DNA of 64,000 nt. Source: Planctomycetota bacterium (GTDB taxonomy: Bacteria > Planctomycetota > PLA2 > JAEUHO01). Shown here piece after piece: positions 29,452-37,981 of the stretch (position 1 is its first letter; the number at the start of each line of letters is the position of its first letter). Position numbers and translations under genes: made by a program. The notes beneath the pieces were generated by a model. It was not told the DNA's origin. It did no database searches and saw only the letters and a list, made by a program, of their open reading frames with translations. The stretch covers positions 25,337-89,336 of the forward strand of contig JBFWRP010000018.1 in NCBI GenBank assembly GCA_050248855.1, written 5' to 3'.

Positions 29452-30110
29452 ATGGGTCGCTGGGGGTCTTGGCCTGCTGCTGATCTGCGCCGCGGGGCTC
29501 GCGGTGTGGAGCATCGTTGGTGGACCCGCTCGGTCTCCTCGGCCGACTGTGGCTCTCTCAGGCGCGCAGCCGGCTACTGCTCGACCGTGTCATCGCCCAA
29601 GTAGGTGACGCAGAGACCGTTCTGCGCGTTCCGGAGCTTGGCGTCGTCACGTTCCAGCTCCCGACGGACACCAGCCCGTTGAGCATCGATGGCATCCGGG
29701 ACGATGTGCACACACCTCCGTTGACGTGCTGGAACCTGGAGGGAGGGCTCCAGCGCGTGCTCGTCGTGAAGGACGCGACCTATTCGCTGCGCGTCCACAA
29801 TCCAAGTGACCTCATACCTCTCGGTGCGCTGGTGCGGGGCGGGGCCGGCGACACGATCCGGCCCCGGCTTGCCGGCGGCATGCGGCTACGGGTTCATGTG
29901 GAGGGGAAGGTGATTCCCGCGATGTGGGACGTGGTTGCGCGCAGTGGCGACAAGGAGTGCGCACTGGAGTCGATCGGCCGCAGTCAGTTCGACCTGGATC
30001 TCCCGCTCGACGAGTACGACGTCGTCGTCGTTCAGTTGTCCAGGAACGAGATTGTCCTGGGGCGAGGTCTTCGCCCCACTGGAAACTGGCATCACCTGAA
30101 CTGGCCGTAG
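29452..30110 (+). pseudogene. Frameshifted, internally deleted eighth paralogue of the array
   Basis: ATG at 29452 follows TAGACT-N6. Removing one G from the G5 run (29462-29466) gives the signal anchor MGRWGLGLLLICAAGLAVWSIV. A third frame (29517-30110) encodes only the family's C-terminal region (LPLDEYDVVVV...IVLGRGLRP). Confidence 0.65.
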
Positions 30111-30128
30111 CCCACCTTGCCGGGAGAT

Positions 30129-31469
30129 CTACTCGGCGGGGATCTCCACCCGCCGATCGAACAGCAGCGTCGTGTCGCAGCGGTAGTCGTAGGTGTCGAG
30201 CATCACGGCCAGGCTCGGCGGGGGCATCGACTCGTGCGCGGCGTCACCGGTCTTGACGATGAGCTTCTTGGCGTCGCCGAGCATGGTGGGGTTGAGGAGG
30301 ATCGTGAAGTCCTCGGGGAAGGCGCCCGTCACCTCGAGGGTCACGACCAAGGAGTCGTCCTCACGTTTCTTGGTGGCGCGCACCTGCATGAGGTCGGCGG
30401 GGCGCTCGCAGCCGAGCCAGTAGAGGCCGCGCTGCTGGAGGCGCGTGGTCTTGTCCTCCGCATCCGGCAGTGGGTAGGGGTTCTCGGCGTACTCCCACAC
30501 GATCGTGTTGGGGAAGGCGTTTCGGCGAACGGCAGTGACGGTCTCGATGCCCTTTCCGGGCTCGCCGGGCGGGAAGGCGTGCGCGAGGTCGGGGTGGCGC
30601 GTGAAGGTGACGCCGCCGTAGCCCTCAGGATCGGTCTCGCGCAGCGCTTCGATCATCTGCCACGCTCGCGTGAACGTGCCGGGCTCGCAGTTCGTGTCGT
30701 TCTCGCCCGTGTACATGTAGACGACCAGATTGCGGAGGTTGGGGACCAAGCCGTACTGCACTGGCCCCACGTCGTCGGGATTGGCCTTCTTGACGGACTC
30801 CGCCATCATCACGCCGTGCGCGGGGATCGCGCCGGCGAACAAGTCGGGCCAGCGCGCCGCCATGTGGAACGATCCCGTTCCACCCATGCTGAAGCCCATC
30901 ACGTAGACGCGGTCGGGGTCGACCTCCTCGCGGGCCTTGGCGAGGTCGATCAGGGTCAGCGCGAAGCGCTCGCCGTGGACGGTGTTCCACGTGTCGCTGA
31001 CCAAGTGGACGCCCTGCGGGTAGTAGCAGAGGTGCTTGGCGACCGGCCAGTTGCTCGCGGACTCGCTGCTGCTCCCGGCGCCCTCGCCCCCACCATGGAG
31101 GCCGAGGACGAAGCCGCTCTTGCTGCCGCCGCGCCCCTTGCTGATCCACGTCGCCTCGCCGTAAGGCGTGGGCATCGCGTCCTTCCACTTGGGAGCGGCC
31201 TTCTTGGCGTGCTTGGCGATCAGGTCGCGCAGGGTCTCGAAGCTGCCTTCCGGAATGGGAAAGGCCGCGGCCTTCTCCAGGAGCTCCTTGCGCTTGGCCG
31301 GGTCCCAGGCGTCGAACCGCGACCAGGGACGCGCGTCCAGGAACTCTTTGATCAGGCTCTCCGCCTTGCGCTTGTCGAGCTTGCCCTCGGGAGCGGCCGT
31401 ACCGAGGCCGGTCGGCAGCAGGCACGCGGCCGCAAGGAGCGCGGGCAACAGGCAGCGGAGGATACGCAC
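30129..31469 (-). CDS. Secreted alpha/beta-hydrolase (esterase/peptidase-like)
   Basis: Signal peptide; LHGGG, GFSMGG, TGEND, AHAFP. Confidence 0.8.
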   Translation of the reverse strand: MRILRCLLPALLAAACLLPTGLGTAAPEGKLDKRKAESLIKEFLDARPWSRFDAWDPAKRKELLEKAAAFPIPEGSFETLRDLIAKHAKKAAPKWKDAMPTPYGEATWISKGRGGSKSGFVLGLHGGGEGAGSSSESASNWPVAKHLCYYPQGVHLVSDTWNTVHGERFALTLIDLAKAREEVDPDRVYVMGFSMGGTGSFHMAARWPDLFAGAIPAHGVMMAESVKKANPDDVGPVQYGLVPNLRNLVVYMYTGENDTNCEPGTFTRAWQMIEALRETDPEGYGGVTFTRHPDLAHAFPPGEPGKGIETVTAVRRNAFPNTIVWEYAENPYPLPDAEDKTTRLQQRGLYWLGCERPADLMQVRATKKREDDSLVVTLEVTGAFPEDFTILLNPTMLGDAKKLIVKTGDAAHESMPPPSLAVMLDTYDYRCDTTLLFDRRVEIPAE

Positions 31470-31541
31470 GGTCGGATCCTACCCACGGAGCGGCGCGCAC
31501 GCGCACCCGCGTGGATCGCGGCCCGCCCCGCGGAGCGCGAT

Positions 31542-32230
31542 CCCTCCGTGTCAGGCACCTTGCCCACGTTGCCGCTACGCGGCGCCGCGGCAAGGGTCCT
31601 GACACATCCGGGTTCGCGAGGCGCGCGGAGGTGTCTGAACCTGCGCCTCGGAGCGATAGCGACGGTGGCGCAGTGTCAGACACCGAAGTGCGACGGTCGC
31701 CAACCATCGGACCGCGACCCCTCCGTGTCAGGCACCTTGCCCACGTTGCCGCCTCGGTCAACGGCGAGTCTCAGATGTGCCTTGCGTTGCCCGTACAGGG
31801 ACGACGCTCTCGCTTCCGTTCCGCGCTCCCGCGCGGAGTGTGCGCTCAGGCTCCGCCCTCGCGGCATGGGTGCTAGTCCCTACCACCCCTGCGCCCCTCA
31901 CGGTGCGGCGCCGCGGCAAGGGTCCTGACACATCCGGGCTCGCGAGGCGCGCGGAGGTGTCTGAACCTGCGCCTCGGAGCGATAGCGACGGTGGCGCGGT
32001 GGCAGACACCGAAGTGCGACGGTCGCCAACCATCGGACCGCGACCCCTCCGTGTCAGGCACCTTGCCCACGTTGCCGCTACGCGGCGCCGCGGCAAGGGT
32101 CCTGACACATCCGGGCTCGCTCGCCGTTGAGTCGCGACCCCCGTGAGGGGTGCAGGGGTGGTGCGGAACCAGCACCCCTGCCGCGAGGGCGTAGCCGGAG
32201 CGCCGAGTCCGCGCGGGAGCGCGGAACGGA
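31542..32230. repeat. REP/BIME-like mosaic repeat cluster
   Basis: 174-bp direct repeat 31579-31752 / 31905-32078 with 3 mismatches; three copies of CCCTCCGTGTCAGGCACCTTGCCCACGTTGCCGC; ~89-bp inverted module 31815-31903 / 32141-32230. Confidence 0.9.
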
Positions 32231-32357
32231 CTCATGGGACCAGCGGTACGTGAGAGCCGATGCGGGCGCGGGCCCGAGCAGCTGGCGAGCCGTCCCCCGC
32301 ACCCCGGGGGGTGAACGCCAACCCGCCCGGCTACACTCCGCGGGCGGAGGGCCGCGC

Positions 32358-33917
32358 GTGCAGTTCGGGTTCGTCATCGACCATTCCCGGTGCATCGGGT
32401 GCCACGCCTGCACCGTGGCCTGCAAGGCCGAGAACGACGTCCCGGTCGGCAGCTTCCGGACCTGGGTCAAGTACACCGAGACGGGTGCCTTCCCGTCGGT
32501 CAAGCGCCACTTCGCCGTGCTGCGCTGCAACCAATGCACGGCGGCACCCTGCGTCACGATCTGCCCGGTCACGGCGCTCGACAAGCGGCCCGACGGCATC
32601 GTCGACATCGACCCCGACCGCTGCATCGGCTGCAAGAGCTGCATGCAAGCGTGTCCCTACGACGCCCTCTACATCCACGAGGACCTGGGCACCGCCCAGA
32701 AGTGCCACTTCTGCGCGCACCGCACCGAACGGGGCATGGCCCCGGCGTGCGCCATCGTCTGCCCGACCGAGGCGATCATCCCCGGCGACTTCGACGACCC
32801 CACCAGCCGCGTCGCCAAGCTGAAGGCCGCCGGTGCCTTGGAGTTCCGCAAGACGGAGGCCGGCACGGGCCCCAACGTGGGCTACGTCGAGGCCGACCCC
32901 TCCACGCTGGACCCGGGCCTCACCAACCTCTCGGGCGGCTTCCTGTGGTCCAACCAGGTGCCGGGTCTCACGCTGGACGCGGAGGCCTGGCGCGCCGCCT
33001 TCGACGAAGCCGCCGCCCGCACCACCTACGACGTCCAGGTGCCCATGCACTGGGGCTGGAAGGTGTGGACGTACCTGTTCACCAAGTCGATTGCCGCGGG
33101 CGTCGCCCTGGCGCTGGCCGTGCTGCTTCCCTTCGCACACTTCGAGAGCATCACGAACCGTGCCGCGGGCATCCTCGGACTCGTCGGCCTGGCCGCGCTC
33201 GGAGTCACCGCGGCGCTGCTGGTGGCCGACCTCAAGAGGCCCGAGCGCTTCCTCACGATCCTGCTACGACCGCAGTGGGACTCGTGGCTCACCCGCGGTG
33301 CCGTCCTGCTGACGCTGTACGGCGCCGCGCTCGCAGCGTGCACCGCGCGTTGGCTGCTCGCGTCGGCCGGCGACACGCTGGTCGCCTCCACCGAGGTCTT
33401 CTGGCTCGTGCCCACGGCCGTGCTCGGTGCGTTGGCCGCCGTCTACACGGCGTGGCTCTTCGCCCAGTGCAAGGCGCGCGTCCTGTGGATGAAGCGCGGG
33501 CTCGCGCTGCACCTCTTGGCCCAGGCGTTCCTCGCCGGTGCAGCGACGGTGCTCGTCCTGGCGCCGCTGCTCGACCTCGTGGGCGTGACGTTGGGCGAGT
33601 ACGTGGTGTTCGGCCTGCGTCTGACCGCACTGGCGGCCTTGATCGCTCACATGATGCTCATCGCCCACGAGCCGCACGCCGCGCCCGCCGGACGCCGCGC
33701 CGAGTACGCCCGCACGATGGCACTCGTGCTCGAGGGGCCCTACGCCAACGAGCGCCGCTGGCTGGGCATCCGCGTGGGTGTGGCCCTGGCCGCGGCATTC
33801 CTCCTGCTGCCCGGCGGCCCCTGGCTCTGGGCGTTGGGCGGCCTCGCGGCCCTCGTTGGTCTGTTCGCCGAAGAGCGCTTGCTGGTTCGCGCCGGCCAGA
33901 CGCTCCCGATCCACTAA
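32358..33917 (+). CDS. 4Fe-4S dicluster protein (NrfC/DmsB-like) fused to an NrfD/PsrC-like membrane anchor
   Basis: CIGCHACTVAC, CNQCTAAPCVTICP, CIGCKSCMQACP, KCHFC; then WGWKVWTYLF, DLKRPERF, SWLTRG and several TM helices. GTG start after GGAGG. Confidence 0.9.
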   Translation: MQFGFVIDHSRCIGCHACTVACKAENDVPVGSFRTWVKYTETGAFPSVKRHFAVLRCNQCTAAPCVTICPVTALDKRPDGIVDIDPDRCIGCKSCMQACPYDALYIHEDLGTAQKCHFCAHRTERGMAPACAIVCPTEAIIPGDFDDPTSRVAKLKAAGALEFRKTEAGTGPNVGYVEADPSTLDPGLTNLSGGFLWSNQVPGLTLDAEAWRAAFDEAAARTTYDVQVPMHWGWKVWTYLFTKSIAAGVALALAVLLPFAHFESITNRAAGILGLVGLAALGVTAALLVADLKRPERFLTILLRPQWDSWLTRGAVLLTLYGAALAACTARWLLASAGDTLVASTEVFWLVPTAVLGALAAVYTAWLFAQCKARVLWMKRGLALHLLAQAFLAGAATVLVLAPLLDLVGVTLGEYVVFGLRLTALAALIAHMMLIAHEPHAAPAGRRAEYARTMALVLEGPYANERRWLGIRVGVALAAAFLLLPGGPWLWALGGLAALVGLFAEERLLVRAGQTLPIH

Positions 33918-34095
33918 GGACCCGTCCGGGAACAGCCTTGCACATCTTGCACTCATCTTCGCGCCATCTGAGGCCCCTCCTTCCTCGCGGATTCCTCGGA
34001 GTGGACGGACCACGCCTGCGGATCCGCTCAGTCGTCGTGCCCGCATCTGGCATGAAGCTGAGCGCCTTCTGTACAAGTTGTTCCCTGCCGAGTCC
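33918..34095 (-). ncRNA. Candidate 178-nt rod-shaped structured RNA or element (6S-like size; identity unproven)
   Basis: End-to-end nested helices. On the minus strand, five A-C mismatches become G-U pairs and the internal loops are purine-rich. Confidence 0.45.
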
Positions 34096-34110
34096 CTGGG
34101 GAGCCCATCC

Positions 34111-36846
34111 ATGAGCGAAACCACCTCCCCTCCCGAGCGCGTCTCGCCCTTCGAGCTGGCCGTCGCCCCGCCGCCCGAGCACTGGGAAGACTGGGTCGAG
34201 CTGGACGCGAGTGCCTGGCCCGAGCGCGTCGAGAAGCACTATCGCCTCATCCCGACGATCTGCTTCAACTGCGAGAGCGCGTGCGGGCTCTTGGCCTACG
34301 TCGATCGCGAAACGGGCGCCATTCGCCGCTTCGAAGGCAACCCGGTCCACCCCGGCAGCCGCGGGCGCACGTGCGCCAAGGGCCCTGCCACGATCAACCA
34401 AGTCAACGACCCCGAGCGCATCCTCACGCCCATGAAGCGCGTGGGCCCGCGCGGTGGCGGCCGGTTCGAGCCCGTGTCGTGGGACGAGGTGCTGGCCGAC
34501 GTCGGCGGTCGCATCCGCAAGGCCCTGCAGGAGGAACGCCGCGACGAGGTCATGTACCACGTCGGGCGTCCGGGCGAAGACCACTTCATGCAACGGCTGT
34601 TCACGGCCTGGGGCGTGGACGGTGTCAACTCGCACACCAACGTGTGCAGCGCCTCGGCGCGCACGGGCTTTGCCCTCTGGTGCGGTGCCGATCGGCCTTC
34701 GCCGGACTACAGCCAAGCCAAGTTCGCGCTGTTGCTGTCCGCGCACCTCGAGACGGGACACTACTTCAACCCCCACGCCCAGCGCATCCAGGAGGCCCGC
34801 CTGCGCGGCATGCGTCTGGCCGTGGTGGACACACGCCTCTCCAACACCTCGACGCATGCGGATCACTGGGTCTCGACGTGGCCCGGCAGCGAGGCGGCCC
34901 TGTTGCTGGGCATCGCGCACCGCCTGCTCGTCACGCGCCGCATCGACGCCGCCTTCGTGGAGCGCTGGACCAACTGGACGGCGTGGCTCGAGGCTGACGA
35001 CCCCGACGGTCCGCGCACCTTCGAGCGCTTCCTCGACCGCCTCACCGCCACGTATGCCGAGTACACGCCCGCGCGCGTGGCCGAGGAGTGCCGCGTCGAC
35101 GCCGGTATCGTCGAGACGCTGGCCGACGAGATCGCCGCGGCGGGCCACGAGTTCACCAGCCACCTCTGGCGCAACACGGCCGCGGGCAACCTGGGCGGCT
35201 GGCAGGTCGCACGCAGCCTGATGCTGCTGCACGTGCTGACGGGCAGCTTCGGCACGCCCGGCGGCTTCAACCCCAACAGCTGGGACAAGCTGGTGCCCAC
35301 GCCCAGCGACATGCCGCCGGCGATCCAGCACTGGAACGAGACGCTCTGGCCCAAGGCCTGGCCGCTCGCCCACTACGAGATGAGCTTCCTGCTCCCCCAC
35401 CTGCTGGAGGAGCAAGGCCGCCGCCTCGAGGTCTACGTCACGCGCGTCTACAACCCGGTCTGGACCAACCCCGACGGCTGCTCGTGGATCGAGATGCTCG
35501 AGGACGAGAAGCGCGTGGGCTGCCACGTGGCGCTCACGCCGATCTGGTCGGAGACGGCGCAGTGGGCCGACTACGTGTTGCCCGTGGGCCTGGGCCCCGA
35601 GCGGCACGACGTGATGAGCCAGGAGACGCACGCCGGCACGTGGATCGGCTTCCGCCAGCCGGTGCTGCGCGAGCACCTGCGCCGCGAGGGCAAGGAGGTC
35701 GCGGACTCGCGCGAGGCCAACCCGGGCCAAGTCTGGGAAGAGGCCGAGTGGTGGATCGCGCTCACCTGGGCCATCGACCCCGACGGCGCGCTCGGCATCC
35801 GCCGCTGGTACGAGAGCAAGGACAAGCCCGGCACACCGATCTCCGTGACCGAGTACTTCAACGACCTGCTCGGCAACGTGCCGGGCTTGAAGGACGCCGC
35901 TGCCAAGGAAGGCAAGGACCCGATCGGCTACATGCGTCGCTACGGCGCGTACGAGGCCCCCTACGCCGGCCAGCGGCGCTACGAGAAGGCTGGGCCCTCG
36001 CGCGCCACGTCGCCGGGCGCCGACACCCACGGCTGCGTCGGATTCGGCACGCCGTCGGGGCGCTTGGAAGTGTGGTCGGACACCCTCGCCACCTGGGGCC
36101 ATCCCGACCAAGCCATGCCCGGCTACATCCGCAGCCAGGTGCATTGGTCCAATCTGGACGAGGGCGCAGGCGAGATGGCGCTCCTGCCCACCTTCCGCCT
36201 GCCTACGCTGATCCACACGCGCTCGTCCAACGCGAAGTGGTTGCAGGAGATCAGCCACACGAACCCGCTGTGGCTGCATCCGACGGACGCCAAGCGCATC
36301 GGCGTGGTCACGGGCGACCTCGCCCGCGTGGCCACGCGCATCGGCTGGTTCGTGGGCCGCGTCTGGGTGACCGAAGGCATCCACCCGGGCGTGGTGGCCT
36401 GCTCCCACCACGTCGGGCGCTGGCGCCTCTTCCGGGACGTCGGCGGCCACAAGCAGGCCTCGAGCCAGGTGGACCTCACGCGCGAGGGCACGCGCTTCCG
36501 CTTCCGGCAGAAGGGCGGGGCCGAGGCCTTCGCCTCGAAGGACCCCGACAGCGAGCGCACCTGGTGGCGCGAGGTGGGCGTCAACCAGAACCTGACGTTC
36601 CCCGTGCAGCCCGACCCCGTGAGCGGCATGCACTGCTGGCACCAGCGCGTGACCGTCACCAAGGCGCAAGCCGACGACCAGTACGGCGACGTCGTGGTGG
36701 ACACCGCGAAGAGCCGCGAGGTCTACGCCGAGTGGAAGCAGATGACAAAACCGGCCCCGGGGCCGGGCGGCTTGCGCCGCCCGCTGTGGCTCAAGCGACC
36801 GATGCACCCCGTGGACGCCATGTACCGCATGAGCGAGGAGGCCTGA
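34111..36846 (+). CDS. Molybdopterin oxidoreductase catalytic subunit (DMSO reductase superfamily), no Tat signal
   Basis: TICFNCESACG...CAKG Fe-S motif, SHTNVCS, SETAQWADYVLP, C-terminal molydop-binding region LWLHPTDA. Confidence 0.9.
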   Translation: MSETTSPPERVSPFELAVAPPPEHWEDWVELDASAWPERVEKHYRLIPTICFNCESACGLLAYVDRETGAIRRFEGNPVHPGSRGRTCAKGPATINQVNDPERILTPMKRVGPRGGGRFEPVSWDEVLADVGGRIRKALQEERRDEVMYHVGRPGEDHFMQRLFTAWGVDGVNSHTNVCSASARTGFALWCGADRPSPDYSQAKFALLLSAHLETGHYFNPHAQRIQEARLRGMRLAVVDTRLSNTSTHADHWVSTWPGSEAALLLGIAHRLLVTRRIDAAFVERWTNWTAWLEADDPDGPRTFERFLDRLTATYAEYTPARVAEECRVDAGIVETLADEIAAAGHEFTSHLWRNTAAGNLGGWQVARSLMLLHVLTGSFGTPGGFNPNSWDKLVPTPSDMPPAIQHWNETLWPKAWPLAHYEMSFLLPHLLEEQGRRLEVYVTRVYNPVWTNPDGCSWIEMLEDEKRVGCHVALTPIWSETAQWADYVLPVGLGPERHDVMSQETHAGTWIGFRQPVLREHLRREGKEVADSREANPGQVWEEAEWWIALTWAIDPDGALGIRRWYESKDKPGTPISVTEYFNDLLGNVPGLKDAAAKEGKDPIGYMRRYGAYEAPYAGQRRYEKAGPSRATSPGADTHGCVGFGTPSGRLEVWSDTLATWGHPDQAMPGYIRSQVHWSNLDEGAGEMALLPTFRLPTLIHTRSSNAKWLQEISHTNPLWLHPTDAKRIGVVTGDLARVATRIGWFVGRVWVTEGIHPGVVACSHHVGRWRLFRDVGGHKQASSQVDLTREGTRFRFRQKGGAEAFASKDPDSERTWWREVGVNQNLTFPVQPDPVSGMHCWHQRVTVTKAQADDQYGDVVVDTAKSREVYAEWKQMTKPAPGPGGLRRPLWLKRPMHPVDAMYRMSEEA

Positions 36847-37979
36847 TGGACACCACGCGACGCGCGCTGCTCCTGGGCGCGGCCGCCGCCGGCTTCGTGG
36901 CCTGGAAGGCGCGTGATGGTCGAGCCGACGAGGGAGACCCCGCGCCGAAGCCCGCGGACGATGGGAAGGCGGCCAGCCCGATGAAGATCCTGATGCTCGG
37001 CGGCACGGCGTTCCTCGGCCCCGAGCTGGTCGAGGAGGCCACGGCGCGCGGTCACACGGTCACGCTGTTCAACCGCGGCAAGACCAACCCGCACCTCTTC
37101 CCGGATCTCGAGAAGCTGCGTGGCGACCGCAACGGCGACGTGTCGGCGCTCGAGGGTCGGTCGTTCGACGCCGTGTTCGACACCTCCGCCTACGTCCCGG
37201 CCCAGGTCAAGCGCATCGCCGACGTGCTCGGCGACCGCATCGGCCACTACGGGATGGTCAGCACGATCAGCGTCTATCCCGAGATGGGCACCTCCGACGC
37301 CACGATCACCGAGGACACGCCCGTCGGTCGCCTCGAGGACCCGACCGTCGAGAAGGTCACGGGTGAGACCTACGGCCCCTTAAAGGCGCTTTGCGAAGAG
37401 GCCGCCGAGGCCGCGTGGCCCGGCCGCGTGGCCAACGTGCGCCCCGGCCTCATCGTGGGCCCCGGCGACCCCACGGACCGCTTCACGTACTGGCCCGCCC
37501 GCGTGGCTCGCGGCGGCGACGTGCTCGCGCCGGGCGACGGCACCGACGAGGCCCAGGCCATCGACGTGCGCGATCTCGCGGCCTTCCTCGTGCACTGCGC
37601 CGAACAGAAGGTGGCCGGCGTCTACAACGCCGTCGGCTACGAGGGAAAGGTCACGTTCGCCGAGATGCTGCACGGCGCGAAGTGCGCGCTGCGTCACGAC
37701 GTGCAGTTCCACTGGGCCGACGCCGCCTTCCTCGAAGCGCAAGGCGTGCGCCCCTGGCACCACCTTCCTCTCTGGCTGCCGCCCGGCAACAACCCCCACT
37801 GCGCCAACGAGCGCGCCCGCGCCAAGGGCCTCACCTTCCGCCCCCTCGCGCAGACGATCGCCGACACCGTCGCCTGGATGCGCAAGACCAACCGCGCCCC
37901 CACGTGGGGCGAGGGCCGCACCCCCGGCCTCTCCGCCGCCCGCGAAGCCGAGGTCCTGGCGGCGCTCAAGGCGCGGTAG
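36846..37979 (+). CDS. NAD-dependent epimerase/dehydratase (SDR) with twin-arginine signal
   Basis: MDTTRRALLLGAAAAG; GGTAFLG, FNRG, STISVY, YGPLK, RPGLIVGP. TGATG overlap. Confidence 0.85.
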   Translation: MDTTRRALLLGAAAAGFVAWKARDGRADEGDPAPKPADDGKAASPMKILMLGGTAFLGPELVEEATARGHTVTLFNRGKTNPHLFPDLEKLRGDRNGDVSALEGRSFDAVFDTSAYVPAQVKRIADVLGDRIGHYGMVSTISVYPEMGTSDATITEDTPVGRLEDPTVEKVTGETYGPLKALCEEAAEAAWPGRVANVRPGLIVGPGDPTDRFTYWPARVARGGDVLAPGDGTDEAQAIDVRDLAAFLVHCAEQKVAGVYNAVGYEGKVTFAEMLHGAKCALRHDVQFHWADAAFLEAQGVRPWHHLPLWLPPGNNPHCANERARAKGLTFRPLAQTIADTVAWMRKTNRAPTWGEGRTPGLSAAREAEVLAALKAR

Positions 37980-37981
37980 CG

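Noticed and set aside
8093..30110. Integron cassette array or diversity-generating retroelement
   Set aside because: No integrase or reverse transcriptase. Spacer hairpins (e.g. GGATGGCGT/ACGCCATCC at ~16807-16850) lack the RYYYAAC/GTTRRRY attC boxes. No near-identical TR/VR pair with adenine-specific differences was seen.
31542..32230. CRISPR array
   Set aside because: Repeats are long, modular and partly inverted, with no regular unique spacers and no cas genes in the window.
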